A stretch of DNA of 64,000 bases from Nitrospirota bacterium (GCA_040758355.1 JBFLWF010000001.1:1-64000), one strand, 5' to 3'. Counted from the stretch's first letter, positions 21,435 through 32,858 are shown. A program made the numbers and translations. The notes: a model not told the origin generated them from the letters alone.

Positions 21435-22988
21435 CTAATATCCTTCCATCAACAGCTTATTCTCTTTTGACCTTGATTCTCCTATGCTCGTTACATAGAT
21501 TGCAGGCCTGTCAACAACAGGGCATTTTGTCTCGCAGATTCCGCAGCCGATGCAAAGCTCAAGATCAACCCTCGGCTGCTGGACGATAAACTCTTTACCG
21601 TTTCTGTCTTTTACTTTCGCTTTTTCAAACCATATCGCCTTTTTCGGCGTAGGGCATACCTCCTCGCATACGATGCATGGACGCGCATGGGCATAAGGCA
21701 GACATCTGTTTTTATCAATCATTGCGAGCCCGATCTTTACCTTTGCCTTTTCTTCGAGTTTAAGTTTTTTTATTGCTCCTGTAGGGCATACCTGGCCGCA
21801 TAAGGTGCATCTGAATTCGCAGTATCCTATCTTAGGAATAAGCAGAGGAGACCATATGCCTTCAATGCCTGCCTCAAGGAGCGTAGGCTGCAAACCGTTT
21901 GTGATGCAGACCTTCATGCATTCCCCGCATTTCACGCACCTTTTAAGAAATTCCTTTTCCTCAAGCGAGCCCGGCGGCCTTATTAATCTTTGATTTATAA
22001 ATTCGGCTTTTGAAAGAGGCGTCGCCCTCAGCAATGGAACCGCAATAACTCCCGATGCCATCGAGGTAATGACCCTCCTTCTACCCAAGTCCATTGCCGC
22101 CGCGTTTTTCTTGCCGGAAAACCCAAAGCTCACCGCGTTCTGAGGGCATACATCATCGCAATTCCAGCAATAGTAACATTCGGTGTCTCTCCATTCCTCT
22201 TTTTTATCAGGGGATGCATTGCCCTGACATACATTCGCGCATGCTCCGCATGAGGTGCATCCTTCGCTTACTGAGCGTTTAAGGATCGAAAATTTCGAAA
22301 GCAGTCCAAGCATTGCACCGAGAGGGCATAGGTATCTGCACCAGAATCTTTTTTCAACCAAGTTCAAACCGAGTATCAGAAAAAACAGAGCGCCGATAAA
22401 TAGGCTCTGATTGTAAAACGGCTGCTGAAAAGAGAGCACGGTTTTTTTAAGGACAGAGTATATGGGTTCTGAAACATTCACAATGCCTTTAATGTCAGAA
22501 CTGTATATGCTGTCAAATACAGCCCTCGTGCCGTAATTGAATAGAGGATAGATGCTCACAGAGAGAGACCTTATGAGAAGCGATATGGGATCCATGATTC
22601 CGACAAGCTGAAGAGAGAATACAGATGACACGAGCAGGAATATCAGGATGTAATATTTTACCCTGTACCAGTTTCTGCTTACAGTATTAGAGCGCCATTT
22701 TTTCAGGGAACCTACAATATTATTCAGTGTTCCCAAAGGACAAACCCATCCGCAGAACACTCTGCCTAAAATGAGCGTAACCGCAATCGTGATTAAAGAA
22801 AAATAGAATGCTTTCTGGACGGCATGTGCAGAGAAGATTGTCGTGATGAAAATAAGAGGGTCAAAATCGAGAAATATCTTTACAGGATAGCCGAGTTCGT
22901 CTTTTCCCTTTGACTCGGTCTGAAGAAAAAGGAATAGGAATAAAAGCAAAAATATTCCCTGCGAAAGCCTTCTGATGTTCCGCATCAA
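21435..22988 (-). CDS. Membrane 4Fe-4S protein (NapH/MauN-like fused to a MauM/NapG-like ferredoxin)
   Basis: GRVFCGWVCPLG, FWCRYLCPLG, several CxxCxxCxxxCP motifs, IRPPG. Confidence 0.88.
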   Translation of the reverse strand: MMRNIRRLSQGIFLLLFLFLFLQTESKGKDELGYPVKIFLDFDPLIFITTIFSAHAVQKAFYFSLITIAVTLILGRVFCGWVCPLGTLNNIVGSLKKWRSNTVSRNWYRVKYYILIFLLVSSVFSLQLVGIMDPISLLIRSLSVSIYPLFNYGTRAVFDSIYSSDIKGIVNVSEPIYSVLKKTVLSFQQPFYNQSLFIGALFFLILGLNLVEKRFWCRYLCPLGAMLGLLSKFSILKRSVSEGCTSCGACANVCQGNASPDKKEEWRDTECYYCWNCDDVCPQNAVSFGFSGKKNAAAMDLGRRRVITSMASGVIAVPLLRATPLSKAEFINQRLIRPPGSLEEKEFLKRCVKCGECMKVCITNGLQPTLLEAGIEGIWSPLLIPKIGYCEFRCTLCGQVCPTGAIKKLKLEEKAKVKIGLAMIDKNRCLPYAHARPCIVCEEVCPTPKKAIWFEKAKVKDRNGKEFIVQQPRVDLELCIGCGICETKCPVVDRPAIYVTSIGESRSKENKLLMEGY

Positions 22989-23004
22989 TTAGCCTGCATA
23001 AAGG

Positions 23005-23127
23005 CAGGACATGGTATTGGAGCGACTTCGGCAGCCCAAGCGTAGCCATGGATGGCAAAGCGGGCTGGCGCAGCTTCGGAGACAGGCCGGATGCCTGTCG
23101 AGAATGAAGCGGAAATACTATGTCCTG
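23005..23127. repeat. 123-bp MITE/REP-like element with 14-bp terminal inverted repeats
   Basis: CAGGACATGGTATT...AATACTATGTCCTG (1 mismatch); internal hairpins GCCATGGATGGC and GACAGGCCGGATGCCTGTC. Confidence 0.55.
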
Positions 23128-23151
23128 ACAAATTAAACATATATTTTTGAG

Positions 23152-24054
23152 TTAGATGTTTACCTTTTTGATTTTCAATTTCGCTATATCCATTGTGCCG
23201 ATGCCTCTTTTATCCGCAATCTTCACATATCCGAGATCGCTTCCTTTCATGCCGAAAAGAGAAGCACCGAATGAATCAACCGCAACCTGATCGACGCCAA
23301 CTATAACCGTATCCAGTTTTTTAACATCAGCGAGATTTCCTCCCTGAGGGCCGTTTGCCGTAAGAATTCTCACTGCATCGAGGATTGTGAGTGTAGGCTT
23401 AATAAACATCGAAAGGTCAACGAGGCTTTCATCGAGCCTCTGGTGTATCTGCCTTCTCGATCCGCCCATCACACCCATCCAGTTTTTCATCGACATTGTC
23501 AATTTTGCTAAACTGTGGTGTTTTGCCACAGGAATATTTATTACCTTGTCCGCCTCAAATATATCTGTGTAAAGTGGCCATGACTTCATTGCCTCTCCTT
23601 TTACATTCATGTCCTTGAATTTTCTCTCATCGACATAGCTGACCTCTGCTCCGAGAACCCTGACAGCATCTGCAATCCCGCTCTGTACATAGCACCTTCT
23701 CGGGTCGTTAACTGTCCTGTCAAAGACCTTAACCTTTTTTGCACCGGCCTCGTAACACATCTTAACTACTTCTGCAACCACTTCAGGATTTGTATTCGCA
23801 GCCTGCTCAGGAGTCCTGTCCCATGCCATGTTAGGCTTTATAACGACAATGTCGCCCCTTGATATAAATTTTTTCATTCCTCCCATTGCATCAATAGCTG
23901 CCCTTGTGATCTTTGAAGGAGATGCACCGTGAGCAACAGCAAGGTCAGTCTTATCTGCCGCCTCTATGTTGTCGATAAATGTGCCTATGAAGGTCGGCAT
24001 CGAAAGTCCTGCCGCTGTAATTGCCGCTGATTTTATGAATTCCCTTCTATGCAT
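23152..24054 (-). CDS. DUF362 domain protein with Tat signal peptide
   Basis: HRREFIK twin-arginine motif; VVIKPN, NTNPEVV, INIPVAKHH, SMKNWMG, DQVAVD. Confidence 0.88.
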   Translation of the reverse strand: MHRREFIKSAAITAAGLSMPTFIGTFIDNIEAADKTDLAVAHGASPSKITRAAIDAMGGMKKFISRGDIVVIKPNMAWDRTPEQAANTNPEVVAEVVKMCYEAGAKKVKVFDRTVNDPRRCYVQSGIADAVRVLGAEVSYVDERKFKDMNVKGEAMKSWPLYTDIFEADKVINIPVAKHHSLAKLTMSMKNWMGVMGGSRRQIHQRLDESLVDLSMFIKPTLTILDAVRILTANGPQGGNLADVKKLDTVIVGVDQVAVDSFGASLFGMKGSDLGYVKIADKRGIGTMDIAKLKIKKVNI

Positions 24055-24345
24055 ATTGGACTCCTTTCAGAAAAATTTACATTTCAAATATAGCACTTTT
24101 CAGAATTCAACACAATTCCATAATCTGCAATAGACAAGGATAAGTTTCTTCCGTTCAGGAGCTGAGTTTTGATATGGATGGCAAGTGTGCCGAAAAGCGC
24201 TTTAATAGCGATACCTCAGAGCCGACCCCTCCCGCCATTTAAAGGTATTTTCAATATTACATTTGCATTAAACAGTATAAACAGGCATCGAATAATCTTA
24301 TTGCATTATTAAAGGCTTTGAGGTGCGCCTGCCATCCATGATTAA

Positions 24346-24978
24346 TCAGAAATTATTCAGCGGGCACTTTTCACAGAGCGGTTTCGGTTTGCAATAATCC
24401 TTTCCAACTCTTACAAATAACGCGTGATATTCGTTAAACAACTGAATATTCTCGTCCAATTCCTTGTGAAACAGCGTTTGATACTCCTCATACGATGCAT
24501 TGTAATCCAGAATTTTATGCCTTGAAAGAACCCTTTTCGTATAGGCGTCGATCACAAACACAGGCTTATCAAGGGCATAAAGGAGAATGGAGTCAGCAGT
24601 CTCGGGGCCGATACCATGAATATCCAGAAGTTTTTTTCTAAGAGGCTCCATATCCTCTTTTTTTATTTTCTTCATACTGCCGTTGTAGTTCTCCATAAGA
24701 AATTCTATGAATGACTTCAGTCGTTTTGCCTTTATATTGAAATAACCGGCTGGCCTGATAAGAGAGGCGAGTTTTTGAATTGGCAATTCATGCAATGCCT
24801 TTGCTGATAATACCTTTGCATCTTTGAGATTCTTAATAGCTTTTTCGACATTTGACCAGTTGGTGTTCTGTGTAAGTATTGCTCCTACAGCAATCTCAAA
24901 AGGGGTATCTCCCGGCCACCAGTATTGCGGGCCATAGAAGGAGTAGAGTTTGTTGTAAATTTTGATAAGGGGTTTCAT
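24346..24978 (-). CDS. Endonuclease III-like HhH-GPD DNA glycosylase
   Basis: GAILTQNTNW, GIGPETADSILLY, VIDAYTKR, Fe-S motif CKPKPLCEKCPL. Confidence 0.9.
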   Translation of the reverse strand: MKPLIKIYNKLYSFYGPQYWWPGDTPFEIAVGAILTQNTNWSNVEKAIKNLKDAKVLSAKALHELPIQKLASLIRPAGYFNIKAKRLKSFIEFLMENYNGSMKKIKKEDMEPLRKKLLDIHGIGPETADSILLYALDKPVFVIDAYTKRVLSRHKILDYNASYEEYQTLFHKELDENIQLFNEYHALFVRVGKDYCKPKPLCEKCPLNNF

Positions 24979-24994
24979 AAATATATTTACTGAG

Positions 24995-25049
24995 ATCCAG
25001 CGATAAGGATAAATCTCTTTCGTTCAGAGACCCATCCTTATCGCTGGAT
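24995..25049 (-). mobile_element. 55-bp internally deleted copy of the MITE at 63627-63848
   Basis: Terminal inverted repeats ATCCAGCGATAAGGAT/ATCCTTATCGCTGGAT; both ends match the long element. Confidence 0.75.
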
Positions 25050-25061
25050 TTGGAATTTAAG

Positions 25062-25328
25062 TCATTGCACCTTTTTCGTCATTCTATACACAAACGCCAG
25101 TATCTCTGCAACTGCCCTGTATAGCTCAGGCGGAATCTCCTGATAAAGGTCGAGCGTAGAAAGCACCTCCACAAGCTGAGGGTCATCTTTTATGGGGACA
25201 TTATGTGCTTTTGCAAGCTCCAGTATCCTTTCTGCAATCTTGCCGCTCCCTTTTGCAACAACCTTTGGCGCTGCATCCTTTTTAGCATTATATCGTAATG
25301 CCGCTGCCTTTTTGCGTGTATCTGCCAT
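25062..25328 (-). CDS. FlhB C-terminal-like (EscU/YscU/HrcU) export switch protein
   Basis: [38 protein letters not shown]. Confidence 0.9.
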   Translation of the reverse strand: MADTRKKAAALRYNAKKDAAPKVVAKGSGKIAERILELAKAHNVPIKDDPQLVEVLSTLDLYQEIPPELYRAVAEILAFVYRMTKKVQ

Positions 25329-25331
25329 AAC

Positions 25332-26744
25332 TCAAACCTTAATACTTACCTGCTTCTCAAGGGATTCGAGCCTCTCAAACTGCTCCAAAGATGTGTCATT
25401 ACCGTCCAAAACATTCACTGCCTTGAGATTTAAACCCCTTGCGATGAATGAATCCTGCAGCTCTTTTGCATTGTTGTTGAGAATTGCCTGGAATGCGGGG
25501 TTTTCTGCCCTGAAAGAGACAAGGAATTCTTTGTTATACATCATCACCATTACTGAAAGTTTCCCGAATCTTTCGAGGTCGAGATTAATCCTGCAAGAGT
25601 AAGATATTCCTTTTGCATCGCTCCGTCCGCGCTTGAAAGATACTTCTCCATCCTTCAACTCCTGCCAGCTAATGGGCAAGAATGTATAAAATGAGTCTGT
25701 TGTTTTCGATAATACCTGAAATGTTTCGATATCTTTAATGAGCCCATCAATAACCCTGACAGCGATTTCTCTCTGGGTAGGTGTAAGGTCTGCAGTGGAA
25801 AAACCTTTTAAGGTCTCTTTGCCTTCTTCTACAACAAGCTGCTTTAACTGAAGCAATCCTGCCTTCAAGTCTTTTTTAATGGCTGTCATGTCATGCTGTA
25901 GCGGTTGTTTTTGCTCATGCGTCACAGCATCTTTACCCTGAGGCAATATTGTTACTTCTTCCTGTCTTCCTGCTTCTGCCTTCAGACTTCCCGAATATTC
26001 CATCTGTTGAAACATCTCAACAATGGCCTTTAGCTTTGCCTCAAGGGCAACGCCTGTATCTTGCAAAATGCCTTTCATTGGAGTCTGCAGGAGTTTTTCT
26101 ATGCTGACCGTCAAATCTTTTGTAAGATTCTGCACAAGGGGATGATTTTTTATGCTTTCAGGAAGCTGGCTTATAAAATTATCAAGCCTTGTCTGTATGC
26201 TCTGCCCTGTTATTTTCAGACTTGCCTGCAAGAGATTTTGAAGCTGCATCCTCACTTCTTTGGGCAGGGAATTAATGTCAGAGGGCAGTGCCTTCAGTAT
26301 TTCGGAATTAATGTTTTGAAGTTTGGAAGTGAGTGAATCAGCTTCTTTTCCGGATACAGCAGAGTTTTTAATGTCTGAAAGGCTGTTTGTCAGTTCCTGA
26401 ATGAGTTTTGGAATCGGACTCTCTTTAAGGTTGAAAGAAGGCAAAGTCATTTCCTGCTCTTTAGCTGATTCAGGGGTATAGCCCATGAACTGGAGCTTTA
26501 AATCCTTGCCTTCGACCGGCAGGTCGGTTACCTTAAAGAATGCGATTGCGCCTTTTTCCAGCGGGATATCTGTCTTTGCTGTAATGAAGTCACCCTTGAC
26601 TTTCAGTGTTACCCCGCCTGTTGGCAGCATATCCATCACCTCTGCCTTTACTATCTCGCCTAACTTGAGCGATATGGCTTTCCCTGTAGGCTTTTCGATG
26701 GATATGAATGTGTTGTCAAGGCCTGTAATCTTGAAATTAATCAT
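25332..26744 (-). CDS. Flagellar hook-length control protein FliK-like
   Basis: C-terminal INLDLERFGKLSV domain; the usual pairing with a short FlhB-like gene. Confidence 0.65.
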   Translation of the reverse strand: MINFKITGLDNTFISIEKPTGKAISLKLGEIVKAEVMDMLPTGGVTLKVKGDFITAKTDIPLEKGAIAFFKVTDLPVEGKDLKLQFMGYTPESAKEQEMTLPSFNLKESPIPKLIQELTNSLSDIKNSAVSGKEADSLTSKLQNINSEILKALPSDINSLPKEVRMQLQNLLQASLKITGQSIQTRLDNFISQLPESIKNHPLVQNLTKDLTVSIEKLLQTPMKGILQDTGVALEAKLKAIVEMFQQMEYSGSLKAEAGRQEEVTILPQGKDAVTHEQKQPLQHDMTAIKKDLKAGLLQLKQLVVEEGKETLKGFSTADLTPTQREIAVRVIDGLIKDIETFQVLSKTTDSFYTFLPISWQELKDGEVSFKRGRSDAKGISYSCRINLDLERFGKLSVMVMMYNKEFLVSFRAENPAFQAILNNNAKELQDSFIARGLNLKAVNVLDGNDTSLEQFERLESLEKQVSIKV

Positions 26745-26970
26745 GTCTAATTCTATTATATCTTAAGTTGAGCGATTTTATATGTCAGGCACTACTCAAA
26801 GGCTTTAAAAAGTGTTGGTTCAAGTGTATATGAGAGGCAATAAATGCATAATGCATCAAGTATTCAATGTAGTAGATGACGGATACAAGATAAAGTTTGC
26901 ACAAGTGCATGGTTTAAAGTCTTTTCGCAGCACCTGACATATATTTTCAGATTAGAATATCAAAAAATAA

Positions 26971-28251
<1,281 letters not shown>

Positions 28252-28306
28252 CCGCCGCATCTGTTTCTATGATAAAATAAAGCATGACAAACAGGAGGAC
28301 AAAATT

Positions 28307-28507
28307 ATGCTGAACGCTTATACCGCAACATATATAAAAATTCCTTCCGGCTATATGGGGCAGCTGATAGATTGGCCTGAAGTTATTACAGAAGGCGCGA
28401 CTTTGGAAGAATGCAGAGAAATGCTCAGAGACGCTCTTCAGGAAATGATTGCAGCCTATAAGCAGCAAAACAAGGAGATCCCGTCAGGCAAGGATAAGCT
28501 GAATTAA
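28307..28507 (+). CDS. HicB-family antitoxin (orphan, possibly truncated)
   Basis: PEVITEGATLEECREMLRDAL..EIP; AGGAGG RBS. Confidence 0.8.
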   Translation: MLNAYTATYIKIPSGYMGQLIDWPEVITEGATLEECREMLRDALQEMIAAYKQQNKEIPSGKDKLN

Positions 28508-28619
28508 AGCCCAAGTTTTAATCTCCCAATTTTTCAACCCGATCCTCCTTTAAAAATTTTTTATGGTGTGCTATATTTCAAGCATGAATCGGGGGGACCG
28601 AAAGGCCATATATTAAAAA

Positions 28620-29405
28620 ATGAATACATATCTTTTTACATGGAATCCGAACAAATGGCGGTGGAGTGACTTGCCAGAGGCCGTGGTAAAAGTCAATACA
28701 GGCGAATATTATGATATTTCTTGGAATTGCGGAAATACAAAAAAAATACAAATTGGTGATACCTTTTTGCTGATGAGACTTGGTCTGCCGCCAAAGGGAA
28801 TTATCGGTGTGGGACAAGTATTAAGCAAACCGCACTTTCTGCCACATTGGGATGAGGAGAAAGCAAAAGAAGGCAAAACAGCCCTTTTTGCTGATTTGCT
28901 TTTTGATCAGTTAAGCGAGCCTCCGTTTATAGATGAAAATGCACTTAAAACAGATGAGGAAACAAGGCAGTTTAAATGGTTCCCCCAATCATCAGGCATC
29001 CTTGTCCCTCAAAGCATTGCAGATAATATCCTTCGCAGGATTGAGAAACAATCGAGAACAAAATATAAGGCGCTGACACCTCAAGAACTCACAAAAATTT
29101 CTGAAGGGAAAGTCAAAATCATTACTATTACAACATATGATAGAAGCCCATTTGCAAGACAGCAGTGCATAGACCATTATGGCACGACATGTTTAATCTG
29201 TGGTTTTAATTTTGAAAATAAATATGGACAAATCGGTAAGGGGTTTATACATGTACATCACCTTACGCAGATTGCAGATATTGGCGAAGAACACGAAATC
29301 GACCCTATCAAAGATTTACGCCCTGTTTGTGCAAATTGTCATGCCATGTTACACAGAAAACGACCAGCACTTGGAATTGAAGACATAAAAATATACACAT
29401 CATAA
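28620..29405 (+). CDS. EVE/PUA-like plus HNH endonuclease (McrA-like, modification-dependent restriction candidate)
   Basis: N-terminal LFTWNP..W..GD.FL..GIIG; C-terminal CLICGF..IHVHH..CANCHAMLH. Confidence 0.8.
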   Translation: MNTYLFTWNPNKWRWSDLPEAVVKVNTGEYYDISWNCGNTKKIQIGDTFLLMRLGLPPKGIIGVGQVLSKPHFLPHWDEEKAKEGKTALFADLLFDQLSEPPFIDENALKTDEETRQFKWFPQSSGILVPQSIADNILRRIEKQSRTKYKALTPQELTKISEGKVKIITITTYDRSPFARQQCIDHYGTTCLICGFNFENKYGQIGKGFIHVHHLTQIADIGEEHEIDPIKDLRPVCANCHAMLHRKRPALGIEDIKIYTS

Positions 29406-29464
29406 ATTGCGGCATTGTGCTTTTTAAATTAGATAGTGATTTCAGATATGCGTTAAAATAGACT

Positions 29465-29725
29465 ATGCGTTCAAAAACGCTTGGGAAAAACATCACGGCA
29501 GTTGAGATTATGAATATCTCCAGCAACGGTGTATGGCTATTGGCTGGAGACAAAGAGCTATTTATGCCATATGAGGATTTCCCGTGGTTCAAAGATGCTC
29601 CAATCAGCAAAATCCTTAATGTTGAGGAGCCGCATGAGGGGCATTTCTACTGGCCGGAACTGGATGTAGACCTTACGGTTGAAATAATAGAACATCCGGA
29701 AAGATTTCCCTTAAAGGCAAAATAG
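29465..29725 (+). CDS. DUF2442 family protein (antitoxin-like)
   Basis: GVWLL..ELFMPYEDFPWF..HFYWPELDVDL..HPERFPL. Confidence 0.85.
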   Translation: MRSKTLGKNITAVEIMNISSNGVWLLAGDKELFMPYEDFPWFKDAPISKILNVEEPHEGHFYWPELDVDLTVEIIEHPERFPLKAK

Positions 29726-29726
29726 C

Positions 29727-29793
29727 ACATATCAAATTGTTCCAGAGGGACGCTGACGTGAGCGCTCTACGCCTCTTAGAGTGGGCGTTAATA
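29727..29793 (+). mobile_element. Degenerate integron attC-like site
   Basis: ACATATC-AAATT-GTTCCAGAGGGAC...GCCTCTTA-GAGTGG-GCGTTAAT directly after the DUF2442 stop, with R''/L''/L'/R' spacing preserved. Confidence 0.5.
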
Positions 29794-29795
29794 CC

Positions 29796-29976
<181 letters not shown>

Positions 29977-29988
29977 GACAAGTCTCGT

Positions 29989-30417
29989 TTAACGCCCTGT
30001 CCGGCTATATTTAATCTTTTTTTTCGGCAAAGAGATTATTTTCAAAGAGTCGATTCTTTCAAAATGGCTTTTATTGTTTGTTAAGAGAATAAGATTGTGC
30101 CTAAGGCATATAGAGGCTATGAGGAGGTCAAAATCGCCGATAATCTTTCCCTGTTTTCGCAAGCTATTTCTTTCTTTACCAAAGGTTTTACAGACATCCT
30201 GATCAAGAGACAAAACCGTAATTCCTTCAAGAAAGGTCTCTAATGCATTAAGGCTGGCTTCGTAATTTTTCGAGCCATAAACACCCTCGTAAAGCTCGGC
30301 TACGGATACAATGCTTGTACAAAGCCCTTCTGGAGCAAACTTTTCGAGTTTCTTTGATACCGATTCAATACCGTTAAGATGGTCTATGATCCAGTCTGTA
30401 TCAACGAGATATTTCAA
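29989..30417 (-). CDS. vapC: VapC PIN-domain toxin
   Basis: YLVDTD, SVAELYEG, IGDFDLLIA, LLTNNKSHFERI. Confidence 0.92.
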   Translation of the reverse strand: MKYLVDTDWIIDHLNGIESVSKKLEKFAPEGLCTSIVSVAELYEGVYGSKNYEASLNALETFLEGITVLSLDQDVCKTFGKERNSLRKQGKIIGDFDLLIASICLRHNLILLTNNKSHFERIDSLKIISLPKKKIKYSRTGR

Positions 30418-30653
30418 AACTTAACCCTTGTTCTTGTTGAGATAAGCCTATCTGAAGAAATGTCTTTTTTCAGTTTCTCTGCGTCAACAAGCCCTTTCCA
30501 TGCGCCTGCTGTTTTTTTCAGCAGCTTCAGTGTCTTTTCTGTCTTCTTATTTTTTAGATTCTCTATGTATTCAAGCACTTCTCTTTTGCCTTCTTCAGGC
30601 AGATCTCTCAATTTAGTGATGATTTTATTTTCTATTGTCTTTACTGATAACAT
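30414..30653 (-). CDS. Cognate antitoxin (DUF2281-like)
   Basis: LRDLPEEGKREVLEYIENL; overlaps the vapC start by 4 bp. Confidence 0.75.
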   Translation of the reverse strand: MLSVKTIENKIITKLRDLPEEGKREVLEYIENLKNKKTEKTLKLLKKTAGAWKGLVDAEKLKKDISSDRLISTRTRVKF

Positions 30654-30732
30654 ACACTTTCTTCCTTTCAGAGATTTTAGGTTAATTATACCATGTAAAA
30701 ACAGGTTTAAACCCCTTTCAGGGGTGCAGTTT

Positions 30733-31035
30733 TTATTGTTTATTTTTCGAAATATATTCCATCAATAGAAATATGCTGTTTGCTCTTTTGTAAATCACGT
30801 CAAGAATATCTTCAAGTTTTTCAAATCTATCTTCGAGTGAACTATCCACAAAATCTTCTTCAGCCTCCTTAATGGCCTGAAGGACTTCGATTCCTGCTGG
30901 TTTCTGCTCTAAATAATCCTTCCATATGCCTTCTGCTAATAGAAGCGTCCCTAATAATAATTTCCTTATTTCTGTCGCCTTTTTTTCAAATCCTATTAAT
31001 CTATCTTCATAAGATGCATCCTCAAACCATGCCAT
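30733..31035 (-). CDS. Hypothetical protein
   Basis: 100-aa helical ORF with a GGGGG RBS. Confidence 0.6.
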   Translation of the reverse strand: MAWFEDASYEDRLIGFEKKATEIRKLLLGTLLLAEGIWKDYLEQKPAGIEVLQAIKEAEEDFVDSSLEDRFEKLEDILDVIYKRANSIFLLMEYISKNKQ

Positions 31036-31107
31036 ATTTAACCCCCTTGTCTCCAGAATTATTCAATTTGCAGCTTCCAGTGGCCGTTCATCTGCCGTGG
31101 ACATCTG

Positions 31108-31470
31108 CTATAGCAGGTGTTCTATCCATTTGTACCATTTTATCCCATCGATGTTGTCCTGCGTGATCCTGACGACTTCCTCTAAAGGCATCCTTTTAAA
31201 AAACTCATCATAGTCGTCCACATTTACGTAGCGCAAAAACCTGCACACATCTCTCTCTTTCTCGGTCAGTCCTTTAATGAGAATATAGCCGATCCCTCCC
31301 TTGTGTATGCACGCATGAAGACCGTAGCGGTAATACACATCATAGCCTCTCTTGATAAAATGCAGCGCTACGCGCTTCATGTGGCCGACAATTGCCTCGA
31401 TAAGAGCACCTTCGAGCGCGCGTACCTCCTCAGCCACCATTTTGTTGTCGTTAACCAGTTGTTCCAGCAT
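31108..31470 (-). CDS. Hypothetical protein
   Basis: 120-aa ORF with a GAGGAGGG RBS. Confidence 0.55.
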   Translation of the reverse strand: MLEQLVNDNKMVAEEVRALEGALIEAIVGHMKRVALHFIKRGYDVYYRYGLHACIHKGGIGYILIKGLTEKERDVCRFLRYVNVDDYDEFFKRMPLEEVVRITQDNIDGIKWYKWIEHLL

Positions 31471-31590
31471 TTATCCCTCCTCAACTGACGCTGATCTTTT
31501 CTTCCGGTATTCTCTCTGACATGAGAACTACAACATGCCTTATTGCAAGAAATAGCTATTTTATGCAATAAAGATAATCTTTATTCAGTT

Positions 31591-32805
31591 TCATAAAATA
31601 AAATACACCCCCAGCGCCCCTGCCATTATTATTGCGCATCCGGGGATGGTCTTTCTGTATATCCCTGCAATGTCTGCCTTGAAATACTCTCTTGTGAGCA
31701 CAAAACAGAGATGGACAGGAGAGAGCAGCACACCTACAAATCCCGATGCAAATGCAAAGGTTATCTGGTTGAGATGCGCACCTCCTGCAAGGCTCAGTAA
31801 AAGAGGGAACGTGCCGCCAACAAAGCCAACAGTTATGCCTGTGAGGAGCCCGCTTATAAAGGGGAGGATGAAAAGGATGGGAAGAATGGGTATTCCCTTT
31901 TCTGTAAAATATTGACTCAGATGAGCTACGGCTCCTGAGTTCTCCATGGTAAATTTGAAAATCATTGTGCCGAATACGATGACAATAACATCGAGTGTAA
32001 ATCCGTGTCTGATGGCCCTGAATGCCTCTTTGGGGCTGAACCTGTAAAACACTAAAAGCATTAATATGGTAAAGCCGAGGGCATAATGTAGTTCTATATG
32101 CACCGCCATGACCATTATGAGGATGAGCGTTACAGGCAGGAAGCTCCAAAGTGGTGAATGAGTGGATGAGTGGATGGGTGAATGGGTGAATTTTTTATAT
32201 CTGTGCATCTCCGCATCTTTTATATTTCTCATGCTGAATAAAAAACCAGTGATAAAGATAAGAACAGCGTAAGTCATATTTGCTAATATCAAACTTCTGA
32301 GCTCGATCTTTGTTATGGCTGAAGCAAGGAGTATTCCCGGATACAGCGGCAGTATATATTCCCACGGGTGCCTGAACCAGTAGTTTATAAAACCCTTTTC
32401 CTCCGGAGACATTTTAAGACCCTTTGTCGATTCATCAACCATTGGCGCAGAGAAGTAAGCGCCACCAAGGGATGGCAGCAGTCCTATAAGCATGGGCATG
32501 GAGATTATGACCGCCTTCTTTCTTTTTAATAGGTTCCTCGATGCCTCCATCATCTTTGCCAATACCTGCTTTTCCCTTAAGATTAATTCCAGTGATTTTA
32601 TCAATGTGAGCGCAAAGAAGAGCTTTATTGTAACGGTATCTGTAACAGTGGATTTAATCGTTGATAATATTGTTGGAATTGGCATGAGATAAAGTATTGC
32701 CAGTAGCCCCGAGGCAAGGAGCAGGACATATCCTATGTTCCACTTCAGCCTGAGGAATATGAGGATTGCTGCGAATACTACGGCGATTTTTAGTATATCG
32801 AGCAT
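31591..32805 (-). CDS. DUF401 family membrane protein
   Basis: IGLLPSLGGAYFSAP, NYWFRHPWE, LSPVHLC; many TM helices. Confidence 0.85.
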   Translation of the reverse strand: MLDILKIAVVFAAILIFLRLKWNIGYVLLLASGLLAILYLMPIPTILSTIKSTVTDTVTIKLFFALTLIKSLELILREKQVLAKMMEASRNLLKRKKAVIISMPMLIGLLPSLGGAYFSAPMVDESTKGLKMSPEEKGFINYWFRHPWEYILPLYPGILLASAITKIELRSLILANMTYAVLIFITGFLFSMRNIKDAEMHRYKKFTHSPIHSSTHSPLWSFLPVTLILIMVMAVHIELHYALGFTILMLLVFYRFSPKEAFRAIRHGFTLDVIVIVFGTMIFKFTMENSGAVAHLSQYFTEKGIPILPILFILPFISGLLTGITVGFVGGTFPLLLSLAGGAHLNQITFAFASGFVGVLLSPVHLCFVLTREYFKADIAGIYRKTIPGCAIIMAGALGVYFIL

Positions 32806-32858
32806 CAGAAATTATAACATTTTGTCTTTTAACCTATCTTTTGGGTATACTTATTTTT

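Noticed and set aside
25062..26744. Type III secretion island
   Set aside because: Only the common fliK plus short flhB-like pair is present, with no injectisome genes.
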